This document shows, in pieces, positions 1-9,363 of a DNA stretch of 26,169 nt; the first letter of the stretch is position 1, and the number at the start of each line of letters is the position of its first letter. The DNA is from Candidatus Sumerlaeales bacterium. Its GTDB lineage: Bacteria > Sumerlaeota > Sumerlaeia > Sumerlaeales > Sumerlaeaceae. A program made the translations under genes and the position numbers. The notes beneath the pieces are model-generated. The model ran no database searches. It saw only the letters and a program-made list of their open reading frames with translations, and had not been told where the DNA came from. The stretch covers positions 1-26,169 of the forward strand of contig JBBSQY010000046.1 in NCBI GenBank assembly GCA_038243585.1. Reading direction: 5' to 3'.

Positions 1-1140
1 ATTGGCGCTGGTCCACATTTCCATTTCACCGCCGGTGCCCCACTTTTGCGGGCCGGGAGCGGTGGGGCCGATGATCCTCCAGAGGCCGTCTGGTTCGCAG
101 TAGATGGCGCCTACGTCGTAATTGTGGGTTGAGGTTGTGACGGGGTTTAGTTCCCAGGATTTTTCCGGGGCTTTCCAGCGGGCGGTGACCCAGGTGCGGT
201 CGGGATCCTGAAATCCCGGCTGGTGGCCGCTGCTGACGACGTAGAGGATGACTGGCTGGCCATCGGCGTCGAAGGTTACATCCTGGATATAGACCATCCG
301 GCCTTCCGACTCGTAGTCGACTACCAAGGATGGATTTTTGATTTCCGAGAGCGGGGTTTTTAGCGGTTCACCGGCGGCGTTTTTCCAGGTCTTGCCGAAA
401 TCATTGCTTCGCACGAAGTACAGGTTTGTTCGTTTATCCACGCTGCCGCCGGGATGATAATTAAATGCGCTGATGATCTCGTCGCCGCGCTGGGCGCTGG
501 TCTGATAGTGGCCGCCGAAGCCGGCCAGCTTCTTGGCTTCCGTCCAATCGCGGCCGTCCGGGCTGGTCATCCAGTAGGCCTCGCGGCCCTTTGAATACAT
601 GGTGAAGAGAAAGAGGAACCCTTTGCCGTCTACGTACCACGGTTGGGGGTAGGCCATCTTTTCGCGAGTATGGATGAGCTCGAAAGAGTCGATGTCGTAG
701 GGTTTTGCGGCGCGATAAATGAACCCTGGCCGCGTATTACCCCGGCCCGATATGAACACGCATAGGCGGCCTTCGCCGTCAATGGTGAGGGCGGCATTGT
801 CGTGGGGATCGTTTACGCCGCCTTTGTCATGAACGATGGTCGGTTTGGGGACGGTGCCGGTGGCATGATCATAATAGGACGCCATGATGAGGAGATGGCG
901 TTTTCCTGGCACGGTGCCGCCGTAGACGAAGAATGTCTTGTTTGCTTTCGGGGAGTAAATCGCGAGCGGCACGTGGCTAGTGGTATAGGTGCCCAGGCCG
1001 CCGGAGTATTTGTCTCCATACTCGCTTTTCTGGCCGAGTTCGAACCATATCCCCTGGTAGCCGTCGGCCTTTAGGGTCTCGGTGGCAGTTGCGTGGGATA
1101 CGAGGTGAAATACCATTAAGCAGATGATGAGATAGCGCAT
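1..1140 (-). CDS. Secreted BNR/Asp-box repeat (BNR-4-like) beta-propeller protein; partial, 3' end beyond the left edge
   Basis: Not in the ORF track. My translation from ATG 1140 is open to base 1: MRYLIICLMVFHLVSHATA (signal peptide)...GYQGIWFELGQ...KYSGGLGTYT...DPHDNAAL...YPQPW...TSPDGRDW...SNDFGKTW...HNYDVG. Asp-box motifs SxDGxxW/SxDFGKTW. GGAG RBS upstream. Confidence 0.85.
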   Translation of the reverse strand, partial: MRYLIICLMVFHLVSHATATETLKADGYQGIWFELGQKSEYGDKYSGGLGTYTTSHVPLAIYSPKANKTFFVYGGTVPGKRHLLIMASYYDHATGTVPKPTIVHDKGGVNDPHDNAALTIDGEGRLCVFISGRGNTRPGFIYRAAKPYDIDSFELIHTREKMAYPQPWYVDGKGFLFLFTMYSKGREAYWMTSPDGRDWTEAKKLAGFGGHYQTSAQRGDEIISAFNYHPGGSVDKRTNLYFVRSNDFGKTWKNAAGEPLKTPLSEIKNPSLVVDYESEGRMVYIQDVTFDADGQPVILYVVSSGHQPGFQDPDRTWVTARWKAPEKSWELNPVTTSTHNYDVGAIYCEPDGLWRIIGPTAPGPQKWGTGGEMEMWTSAN

Positions 1141-1350
1141 TTGTAGACTCCCGGTTGCTGGTACTGTTTAATATGTGGTAGTTTATTGCTGAATCAAAAG
1201 TCTAAAATGCGACGGGTGAGTTATATTTGTATTTTGGTTACCCAGTAGGAAGAGAATTCTCCTGCTGGCTTGGCTGGGTGGGAGAAATGCGGTTGCGCAA
1301 TATAGTTGAACTGGTTTCGTTGGTTAACTGATTAAGTAGAGGTTAGCGTT

Positions 1351-1716
1351 TTGAACTTTTTATCTTTTCTAATTGGCCCGGTTGGGATTCTGATAATTAC
1401 GGTTGTCATTTTAATTTACACGGCTGTGCGTCGTCCGGCCTGGTTTAACTCTTATATGAAAATGTGGGGCGGAAAGGGATATGACGATCCATTCTATCCG
1501 TTTCAGCGTTGGACGGCTGACCCTGCGTCGGTTCCCTGGAGGAACAAGCGGTTGCAGTTCGCGGCTGTAATGATGATGTTCTTTGCTGTCGGGTTAGCTT
1601 TTTTCCTTAAGGGACCGGGGGCGAAGCCGTGGAGTGTCGTAGCTGTACTCTGGATTTTCGCTGCGTATTTTCTGTGGCTTGTGGTGCGGATCACGCGGTT
1701 TGGGAATGGGCGGTGA
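1351..1716 (+). CDS. Hypothetical membrane protein, 3 predicted TM helices
   Basis: 121-aa ORF with TTG start, AGAGG RBS-like sequence upstream, three hydrophobic stretches; no family recognised. Confidence 0.6.
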   Translation: MNFLSFLIGPVGILIITVVILIYTAVRRPAWFNSYMKMWGGKGYDDPFYPFQRWTADPASVPWRNKRLQFAAVMMMFFAVGLAFFLKGPGAKPWSVVAVLWIFAAYFLWLVVRITRFGNGR

Positions 1717-1874
1717 GGGGGCTGTTGTAGGGGGCGAGGGGACACGGTTAAAGGGCTATTTGGCTCAATCGTAAATGACTAAGAATGACGTATTTTAACA
1801 TGTAGTCAGTTTTGCTTGTCTCTTAATTGATTATTCTTATCATGGATGTCCATGAAACTTCATTTCCGTTTCCG

Positions 1875-2030
1875 CGACTGGTGCTGAAGCGGTAGAAAGC
1901 CACGCTGAAGCGCGCTATAATTTTTTGGAAATCAGTAACACCCCCCATGAATGAGGGTGCAATGAGGGATCCGGCTAAAGCCGGAAAAATTCGTTGGCGT
2001 GGTTGTTCGTGCATTTTGGTGAGTTGCGCC
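1875..2030. repeat. Palindromic REP/MITE-like element, copy 1
   Basis: Aligns end to end with 5108-5263. Contains hairpins with TGAA/TAAA loops (cacgcTGAAgcgcg, cccccaTGAAtgaggg, ccggcTAAAgccgg). Confidence 0.85.
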
Positions 2031-2041
2031 CTATGTTCCCT

Positions 2042-2065
2042 TTTATGGGTTTATGGGTTTATGGG
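2042..2065 (+). repeat. Short tandem repeat (TTTATGGG)x3
   Basis: Read directly: tttatggg tttatggg tttatggg, just after repeat copy 1. Confidence 0.7.
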
Positions 2066-2131
2066 ACATGGAGCGTATGGCCGAGCCTGGCATTTCCTGG
2101 GCAAAAGAGCGTGTTAAAAGCCAGGCATGGG

Positions 2132-4876
2132 CTAATACAGTTGCCAGTCGGCGACCTTGCTGTCGAGGACAGTGATGTAGTGCGGTTCGCGGCCGGTGAC
2201 GCCGTCGTTGGGATCGGCGGCGAAGATTAGCTTATTTCCGATTACGCCGGCGTCGCTCATTATGGCTCCGGAAGCTCGGCCTGGCGCGAAATCCTGTACC
2301 AGATTCAAGCCGCCGTCATACCCCACTGTCCTGTAAAGCTCGCGGCCCAGATCCGGGGTTGTCATGGCGAGGTACAAAAATCCTCGGACTTCAGCCAGCA
2401 TTTGCGGGGCCGCATCAGCCGGCAGTTCCGCCACCACCCGCGTGCCGGCGGCGGGTCCGTCGCTGTATATCAGCCGGCAACTGCCTGCGTGGACACCGGT
2501 GATATATACGCCGCCGTGCTGGCTGGCCCGCATGACGAATTGCTCGTCTTCATCTACCAGGGCGTTTAAAGGGGGCAGCTTAGTTGTGCCCGCCTCCGTG
2601 CCGTCTGTCGCCCAGACCGCCCATGTGCCGCCCGGCTCGTCGGCCACAAAAAACGCGCGTGCGCCGGCGCTGGTAAAACGGCGGGCGTTAGATCCCGATG
2701 CGCCGGGTACTATGTCGGCCAATAGTTTGGTTCCCGTAGACGTGCCGTCGGACAACATCGGTTCTATTCCCGCGCCGGGCATCTCCGCCCCATAGACGAT
2801 GAGTCCGCCGGGCACCTCTGCGCCTGCGGTCGGCGCGGCGATGGACTCGGAGATTTTTGCTGTTCCCTGGGCCGTGCCGTCACTTGACCATATCTCATGA
2901 GTCAGGACAGCGGTATTGGTCGTGCGGGCGTAATACAGGCCCCTTGCGCCAGCGACGCCAATGGGATGAAACGGATACTCGAGATTGGTGGGTTCAAAGG
3001 ACTGCGAGACGAAACTCGTACCTTGCGGCGTTCCGTCGCTCGTAATTAAAATCGGTTCATCTTCGAAACGCGAGCCTCCGATGAAACTGACTCCATTGAT
3101 TGTGAACAGGCGGGTAGGCGGTCTGCCGGTATGACTATCGGAACTATTAAATATTGGCTGGGGAATCGCGCCGGGCATGCCGTTGGAGAGAAAAAACTGG
3201 CCGTCGCCGTAATACCCGCCGAATCCCATTTCTTGAATTTTGTGATAGAAAAGCATTCCGTGGACGGTGCCGCCGAGCCACACCGGTTCAGTCGGCAGGA
3301 GGTCAACTGTGCCGGCCGCGGTGCCGTCGGTTCTGTAGACCTGTTCGGGGTATGTGTCCTCGTGCACTGTGTTTCGAAAAAAGCTATACTGTGCCGCTGT
3401 TTCAAAATCTCCGGGATCGCTGCTAATGGGGGTGCGGGTGAATTGAGTCAACAGATGGGAATGATAGGGATCCGCGGGATCGGATATGAAAAGCTGGTCG
3501 CTATTGCCGACAGTGGTTCCGGCTCCATATGCAATCCGCCCATCAAAGAAAGCCATGGTGTAGGAGTCCAACTGATCTCTCTGTTCAAAGCTTGCAATCA
3601 GTTGTGAGTTTGACACATCCCCGACGACAAAATAGATGGTGTTGTCGGAGTAGACATAGGTTCCGGTAGCCGTCTCGGCTTTCGCATAAATAGAACTCAT
3701 AGGCACCTCGCCGCTGCTCAATGCGGTTGGCGTGCTGACTCCGTCGCTGACCAGCAATGGACCAGGATACATCGGACCGATTCCTGTCGTTATTGTGCTA
3801 ATATAGAGTTTGCCTTCCACCCAGCATAGAGCTTTTGGCGCAAGGTCGGCATCCTCATCAAAGGGAAGCACTCCGGTTGTCAACCCATCGCTATACATAA
3901 TTTGGCCTTCGTAAGGGCTGGAAAGCCAGTAAAGGGTCGAACTGGATTCCGCATTTTCATATGGGCGATAACCAGGGAGAATTCCAGGCATGGCTTCGTC
4001 AATCAGAGTGGTTCCCGCGAAGGTTCCATCTGTTATGTGAAGAGCCACGGAGCTAGCGTCTTTCATGACGCTAAAAAAGCATTTGCCTAACGCCAATATC
4101 AAGTTGCTATTAATGTAGGAGTCGCTGGCCTGGCTGTGGAGTTGTTCTGTTCCAGCGGCTGTGCCGTCCGTTCCCCATAGAGTTACCTTCTTAAAATCTT
4201 TTTCACTAACAGCAAACAACAAGGTGTTGCCAAGCACCTTGACGGCGGTGATCTGCGGTGGGCCATAAGGAAAGCCATGGTCGTATGGGACTGGAATCTG
4301 ACGGGTAATTGTTAGTCCAGTGCTGCTGGATGCGTCCAGAAAGCCAATCTCAAAGGAATACTCGGCATAGGTGTTACGCAGAAAACAAATTTGGTTATCC
4401 GCCCCGATCCATGTGGCGATGGCGGCATTCGACTGTTTGTCAAAGGTTAGCCGGGTTACCTCGCCAGTTGCGCCGTCAAGCTCTACAAAAGAAGAAGAAT
4501 CCTCCCCTCGGGAAAACACGGCTTTTCCGTCGCGAACTACGAAGAATGGATAATCAGTTGGCGCATACCCCGAATCAAAACTGACCGGCGATCCCAAAGA
4601 AAAGCCAATCTTTTGTTCCATGTCTTGCCCATTGCTGGAGTTAATGTAGTACCGTGTGCGTTGAATGTAGTCAGAACGGCGGCCTGAAACTGTATAAAGG
4701 GTGTGGGTCGTGGGCACGATTTGCACAATGGTTCGCACGTCGTTTTGCACCAGACCCGGCTGCAGGTCTTTCAGCAACTGGATCGTCTGGGCCGCGGCGG
4801 GGACGGATAGCGCCAGTAAAACAGCAGTGACGCCTGTGCCTAATATGTAGCGAATGCCCGAATGCGTAAAACCCAT
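2132..4876 (-). CDS. Secreted beta-propeller protein with degenerate ELWxxDGT repeats; C-terminal SKVADWQLY motif
   Basis: 914 aa; signal peptide (...LLALSVPAAA-Q); repeats TLWGTDGTAAGT, LHITDGTFAGT, VYRTDGTAAGT, EIWSSDGTAQGT, EPMLSDGTSTGT, VWATDGTEAGT, GRELY. Confidence 0.85.
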   Translation of the reverse strand: MGFTHSGIRYILGTGVTAVLLALSVPAAAQTIQLLKDLQPGLVQNDVRTIVQIVPTTHTLYTVSGRRSDYIQRTRYYINSSNGQDMEQKIGFSLGSPVSFDSGYAPTDYPFFVVRDGKAVFSRGEDSSSFVELDGATGEVTRLTFDKQSNAAIATWIGADNQICFLRNTYAEYSFEIGFLDASSSTGLTITRQIPVPYDHGFPYGPPQITAVKVLGNTLLFAVSEKDFKKVTLWGTDGTAAGTEQLHSQASDSYINSNLILALGKCFFSVMKDASSVALHITDGTFAGTTLIDEAMPGILPGYRPYENAESSSTLYWLSSPYEGQIMYSDGLTTGVLPFDEDADLAPKALCWVEGKLYISTITTGIGPMYPGPLLVSDGVSTPTALSSGEVPMSSIYAKAETATGTYVYSDNTIYFVVGDVSNSQLIASFEQRDQLDSYTMAFFDGRIAYGAGTTVGNSDQLFISDPADPYHSHLLTQFTRTPISSDPGDFETAAQYSFFRNTVHEDTYPEQVYRTDGTAAGTVDLLPTEPVWLGGTVHGMLFYHKIQEMGFGGYYGDGQFFLSNGMPGAIPQPIFNSSDSHTGRPPTRLFTINGVSFIGGSRFEDEPILITSDGTPQGTSFVSQSFEPTNLEYPFHPIGVAGARGLYYARTTNTAVLTHEIWSSDGTAQGTAKISESIAAPTAGAEVPGGLIVYGAEMPGAGIEPMLSDGTSTGTKLLADIVPGASGSNARRFTSAGARAFFVADEPGGTWAVWATDGTEAGTTKLPPLNALVDEDEQFVMRASQHGGVYITGVHAGSCRLIYSDGPAAGTRVVAELPADAAPQMLAEVRGFLYLAMTTPDLGRELYRTVGYDGGLNLVQDFAPGRASGAIMSDAGVIGNKLIFAADPNDGVTGREPHYITVLDSKVADWQLY

Positions 4877-5107
4877 GACTTTAATCCCCTGATTGACTCA
4901 TCTTCTTAAACTGAGATATGGTGTGGTCCCGGATTAATCATGGTCAATAAAATTTCCGCTTTGTGCTTAGCCTGTTTGGGTCTAGTGGACTGCGGGTTTT
5001 TTTGCAGCTGCGGCGTGGCTTGGGGCACAACCCAGTTCCGTGCGTATTAATAAGAAAATTATACAATTGAGCGAGCGGCTGGTTCTAACGAATATGTACT
5101 GTTGCCT

Positions 5108-5263
5108 CGACTGGCGCTGAAGCGGTAAAAAAGCCGCGCTGAAGCGCGCTAGAAGTCTTCACAATAATCGCTACACCCCTCATAAATGAGGGTGCAAAGA
5201 GGGATCCGGCTAAAGCCGGAAATTGGTTGGTGTAGTCGTTCGTGCGTTTTGGTGAGTTGCGCC
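5108..5263. repeat. Palindromic REP/MITE-like element, copy 2
   Basis: Direct repeat of 1875-2030 with perfect hairpins cgcgcTGAAgcgcg, ccctcaTAAAtgaggg, ccggcTAAAgccgg and the shared 3' end ttttggtgagttgcgcc. Confidence 0.85.
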
Positions 5264-5341
5264 GCGTGGCCTGCCTACTGAGTTTTTATTGCGTTTTCTT
5301 ATTTGAACGTTTTGATTAATCTAACAATCATGATGAGGTGA

Positions 5342-6823
5342 ATGATGAAATTAGCTGGGTTTGAAACGGTTTTATTTTTTGGCGCACTATGGCTGCTTTG
5401 CCCCTCTGGCGCACAGTCAGCGGAGGTAACTACGGCGTCGAAACCAAATATCCTTTTTATCATTTCTGATGATCTTAATGATTGGATCGGGCCTATGAAG
5501 GGCCATCCGCAGACGAAGACTCCTAACCTGGATAAACTTGCTGCACGGGGTATGACGTTTCTTAACAACCAGTGTCCGACGCCGCTTTGTAATCCGTCGC
5601 GGGCCGCTTTCATGAGTGGTCTGAGGCCGTCTACAACTGGCATCTATAGCAATCAGCAGACGTGGATGCCTCATATCCCGCATGGTTTGTGTATCAATGA
5701 TTACATCCGAACGGTGGGCTATAAGTCGCTTGGTGCCGGCAAGATTTATCATTACCGTGACTACCGGCCTGAGGAATGGGACCAGGTGGTTTTTCATACA
5801 GATGACACCCTGCCAAGGCAGAAGGCGAATCGCAAGCCGGGCCCTTTTGGTTATCGGGAGTTCACGGAGGGTGCCCCGCAAAATCCGTTTGAGGAACAGC
5901 GAGCGGAGAGCAAGCTGGTCGATGCGCAGAGCGTTGCGTGGTGTATTGACCGCTTAGCTGATACGACGGACCCTTTCTTTATGGTCTGTGGGATTCACCG
6001 TCCTCATATTCCCTGGGATGTTCCCATAAAGTATTTTGATCAGTTTCCGCCGGAGTCGATTCAGCTGCCTGAGGTTCTGCTTACGGACCTGGACGATTTG
6101 CCACCGCAGGGAAAAAATTTCGCGGTGCAGGGGAGCAAGAATTCCTACCATGAGAAAATCCTGAAGATGGGGCTTTGGAAGGATCGGGTTCGCGCTTACC
6201 TGGCGAACGTTTCTTATGTGGACGCACGGGTAGGTGACCTCCTCGACGCACTGGCAAAGTCCCCCCATCGCGATAACACGATTATCGTTTTTGTAGGTGA
6301 CCACGGCTGGCACCTGGGGGAGAAGCAGCACTGGTCCAAGGTGACCCTGTGGAATTAGGCGGCGCGGACGCCTATGATCTGGGCTGTGCCGGGCGTCACC
6401 CCGCCGGGGTCTATTTGCGATAAGGGGGTCGACATGATGAGCCTGTATCCGACAATTTGCGAACTGGCCGGGGTGCCGATCCCAAAACATGTCGAAGGTA
6501 TCAGCATTAAGCCGTTGCTGAAAAACCCAAATGAGAAGTGGACCACGCCGGGGCTTTCCACAATGGGCAAAGGCAATCATACGCTTGTGAACGAAGACTG
6601 GCGTTATATAAGGTATGCCGATGGTACGGAGGAGCTGTATGATGAGCGCAATGACCCGAACGAATGGGTCAATGTCGCGGCCAGGCCGGAACACGCGGGT
6701 GTGATAAAGAAGTTGGCCGCGTTTCTTCCGAAAATTAACGCTGACCCAGTGGAATCAGATCCTGAGCCTGAGCGGAAAAAAAGAGGTAATGCACAGCCTG
6801 AACCGGAAGGGGAGGAGGAGTAG
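5342..6823 (+). pseudogene. Secreted formylglycine-dependent sulfatase (iduronate-2-sulfatase/choline-sulfatase-like), interrupted by one in-frame TAG at 6356-6358 (pseudogene, error or readthrough)
   Basis: KPNILFIISDDL, CNPSRAAFMSG (CxPSR), GKIYH, HRPHIPW, GDHGWHLGEK. After the TAG the same frame continues AARTP-MIWAVPG...RYIRYADGTEELYD...DPNEW (track ORFs 5342..6358 and 6374..6823 share the frame). Confidence 0.85.
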
Positions 6824-6968
6824 GGGATTGGTTGGGAGCTTTGGCTTTGAAGTTGGAATCTGGCAGGTCAGATATGGGAAATCGCCTGCTCTCAATTTTC
6901 GAGCAATAGCCTGTACAAGCGCTAAACCACCCGCTGTGGCTGCGTCTGGTTATCTCGTCCGGCTGGTA

Positions 6969-7256
6969 TTAATAAAGCGACCACGCGCTGACCGAAGAGC
7001 CAGGCTCCTCCGCTTTACCAGGAAGGAAACCGCCGGAAAGGCTATAGTCTCCGCCGGTCAGGACCTGGCCGGCGTCGGGCTGGCCTATGGACCCGACGAG
7101 ATTATAGTCGCCCCCGGAAAGTGTTCCCGCGCCAGAGTCGATAGTGCTCCAGGTAAGATCATACCCGCCACCGGATTGGGCGCGGGCAGATGACGCAGAG
7201 ATCAGGAGCATGCCCAAGAAGGCCGAGAGCAGCATAGTTTGCATTGGGGCTGGCAT
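6969..7256 (-). CDS. Small secreted Gly-rich protein (YDLTWSTIDSG...GSIGQPDAG...GGF domain) with C-terminal SSVSAWSLY motif
   Basis: 95 aa; signal peptide ending ARA-Q; start overlaps the upstream stop (TAATG at 7258-7254). Confidence 0.8.
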   Translation of the reverse strand: MPAPMQTMLLSAFLGMLLISASSARAQSGGGYDLTWSTIDSGAGTLSGGDYNLVGSIGQPDAGQVLTGGDYSLSGGFLPGKAEEPGSSVSAWSLY

Positions 7257-8107
7257 TAGTCTATCCTGATTATATCAAAGGTGGTGGAACGGTTAAAGTC
7301 GCCCTTTATCCTGGCGCCCGGCGCGGGCGAACTTACTTGTATCGAAAGTTCATCAAATGCCTGGAGCTGCAGGATTTCCACGCTCGACAATACAGTGGTG
7401 CCCGAAGGGAGAGAAGTAGTGCCGTCGGATAGACTTCTAATTGTCGAACCATTCCGCGTAATGGCAGCATTAACCGGGCCCGAAAAAGCCATATTAACGG
7501 TCAATCGGACAGAGACAACATATGTGCCCGGAGTCAATACTCTGACGCCCGAAAAGGTGTTCTGAAAGTCGTTCGAGAATTCATTAGCGGTAAACGGCGG
7601 AAACTCCGGAAAGGGATAAATATAATAATCATAGGTGAGCGACATCAACAGTTTTGGATTTACAGACGGGGCGAGCTTTGCGCGGGTGATAGCGCCGTCC
7701 TGGATTGCTTCGCTGCTTACTCCGCCAGCGGCGACAGACAATGCGACAGGGGCTGGCATCACGGCGGCGCGAGGAGCAAGGCCCATATACACCGTGTCGC
7801 CAATAGAGCGGACCATGATCTGCAGAAATCGCTGTTCGGTGCCAAATGCGCCGGCGCCAAAGTCCAGATTAACATTAAAAAGACCGTTGGTAACGGCCAC
7901 ATTAGCCAGCGTAATTGTCGTACCGACCTGGCCGGTTCCGGATGCGGAGTCGTAAATCCCAAACTCGAAGTCCTGTGGCGTTGAAACCGGGACGCCGCCT
8001 TTGATCAGGCTACCCTGGTAAGTGAAGGCCGTGCCAACAGGCGCCGCAGTCAGCGGCAACGCAGCAAGCGTCAGCGCCCCAATTAGTAACCCAATAATTT
8101 TCATCAA
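7256..8107 (-). CDS. Secreted fibre-like protein: N-terminal 'FTYQG' domain, short IQDGAITRAKLA linker, C-terminal C1q/TNF-like domain
   Basis: 283 aa; signal peptide; AFTYQGSL...FGIYDSASG...VTNGLFNVNLDFG...RFLQIMVR. The C-terminal pattern (TPGTYVVSVRL, ITRNG, ILQLQAFDELSIQV) resembles C1q-like beta-sandwiches; that domain call is inference. Confidence 0.75.
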   Translation of the reverse strand: MMKIIGLLIGALTLAALPLTAAPVGTAFTYQGSLIKGGVPVSTPQDFEFGIYDSASGTGQVGTTITLANVAVTNGLFNVNLDFGAGAFGTEQRFLQIMVRSIGDTVYMGLAPRAAVMPAPVALSVAAGGVSSEAIQDGAITRAKLAPSVNPKLLMSLTYDYYIYPFPEFPPFTANEFSNDFQNTFSGVRVLTPGTYVVSVRLTVNMAFSGPVNAAITRNGSTIRSLSDGTTSLPSGTTVLSSVEILQLQAFDELSIQVSSPAPGARIKGDFNRSTTFDIIRID

Positions 8108-8337
8108 AGAAACCAGTCAAATTTAAAAGTTAAGTGCCATTAGTAAGTGAAGGGGAAAATGTGAGGTGCAAGAAATACCTTTGTCCCTAAAAGAGATCCG
8201 TTCAGGTTTAAATGGGAATCTCTATGTTTCTCATCGATCGTATTGAGTCCTTGACGGGTCCTTAAGAATTAAACAACTTTCTCATATCGCAACGACTCAA
8301 TCTTTTGTGGTTTCAACATGGGCGAAAAGGGAAATGT

Positions 8338-9363
8338 ATGTCTTTAATAAGTGGATGTGTTTTCGGATTTTTGGTTTGGTTTTTTGTGCGGTATATCGCG
8401 ACCAGCCTCTACACGGTGAATCAAAATGAGCGGGCGGTGCGGACCCGGTTTGGTCGTGCTCAACGGGTGGGCGGGCGCTCTACGGCGGACACTCCGTTGG
8501 TTGATTCGCTCACTGAGGAGGAGCGCCGGCGCTACGCTTATCCGCAGGTTCGGGTGATTGGGCCGGGGGGGCCTTATTTCAAATGGCCCTGGGACCAGAT
8601 CCACAAGGTGAACGTTTCCACGCAAACGGTAAACATGGCGTTTGATCCTGATAACCCTCTGGCAAACGAGGGGGGGACTCTGCTGGAAGCGGTTACGAAA
8701 GATCAGCTGGACACGGGTTTGACAGGTGAGATTCGCTATCGGGTTTCGGAGCAAAATCTTTATGCTTATCTGTTTGGCGTCAAGAACCCGGTAGCGCATG
8801 TGATGGGATATTTTGTGTCGATATTGCGGGAACGGATTGCGAACTTTGAAGCTCCTAATTCCACATTAATGGCTATTAAAGATGATTCCGATGGAGAGGT
8901 TCCGGCGAGTCTTGTGGCGTCTGGAATGAGTGTCGCTGCGGGGATTTCCATCAACGATTTGCGTAAAAATCTTCGGGACATCAATGAACATATGGATCGG
9001 GAATGCGCCACCGCGCCGGCCAGGTATGGCATCGTTCTGGAAGCGTCGCTTATCACGGGTATCGATCCGCCGTCGGAGGTGGAATCTGCACTTGCCGCCA
9101 TCAATACGGCTCACAACCAGGTGTCGTCGGATATCAGCCTGGCGCATGCGGCGGCCGATCAAAAGATTGTGCAGTCGAAACGTGCGGTTGAGATTGAGAC
9201 GTTGAAAGCGCAGGCCGAGGTGGAACCGCTGCGCTGGCTGGCGACGCAACTGAAACAATTAAAAGCGGCGGGGCCTAACGCGTTGCCGTCTTATCTGCGT
9301 AATGTGCGGCTAGGCCTATTTGAAAAGGCGCGCAATGTAATCATGGAGGTGAAACAATCATGA
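8338..9363 (+). CDS. SPFH/Band 7 domain membrane protein (first of pair)
   Basis: N-terminal TM helix, YTVNQNERAVRTRFG, GPGGPYFKWPW, AVTKDQL, coiled-coil tail. ATG 8338 with AAGGG upstream is preferred over GTG 8305. Confidence 0.85.
   Translation: MSLISGCVFGFLVWFFVRYIATSLYTVNQNERAVRTRFGRAQRVGGRSTADTPLVDSLTEEERRRYAYPQVRVIGPGGPYFKWPWDQIHKVNVSTQTVNMAFDPDNPLANEGGTLLEAVTKDQLDTGLTGEIRYRVSEQNLYAYLFGVKNPVAHVMGYFVSILRERIANFEAPNSTLMAIKDDSDGEVPASLVASGMSVAAGISINDLRKNLRDINEHMDRECATAPARYGIVLEASLITGIDPPSEVESALAAINTAHNQVSSDISLAHAAADQKIVQSKRAVEIETLKAQAEVEPLRWLATQLKQLKAAGPNALPSYLRNVRLGLFEKARNVIMEVKQS

Noticed and set aside
802..1074. Short track ORFs 802..1074 (+) and 813..1019 (-)
   Set aside because: They overlap the real BNR-repeat CDS (1140 to <1, minus), which the track missed because it runs off the edge.
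1875..5263. CRISPR array or integron attC cassette interpretation of the repeats
   Set aside because: Only two long copies 3.2 kb apart, no repeat-spacer periodicity, no cas or integrase gene, and no clear RYYYAAC/GTTRRRY box pair with a single long stem.
6374..6823. 149-aa ORF as an independent gene (likewise 14003..14233)
   Set aside because: Both are in-frame C-terminal continuations of the upstream genes beyond a single TAG.
8251..8280. Sigma70 promoters at TTGACG (8251) and TTGACA (11340)
   Set aside because: No acceptable -10 hexamer at 16-18 bp spacing.
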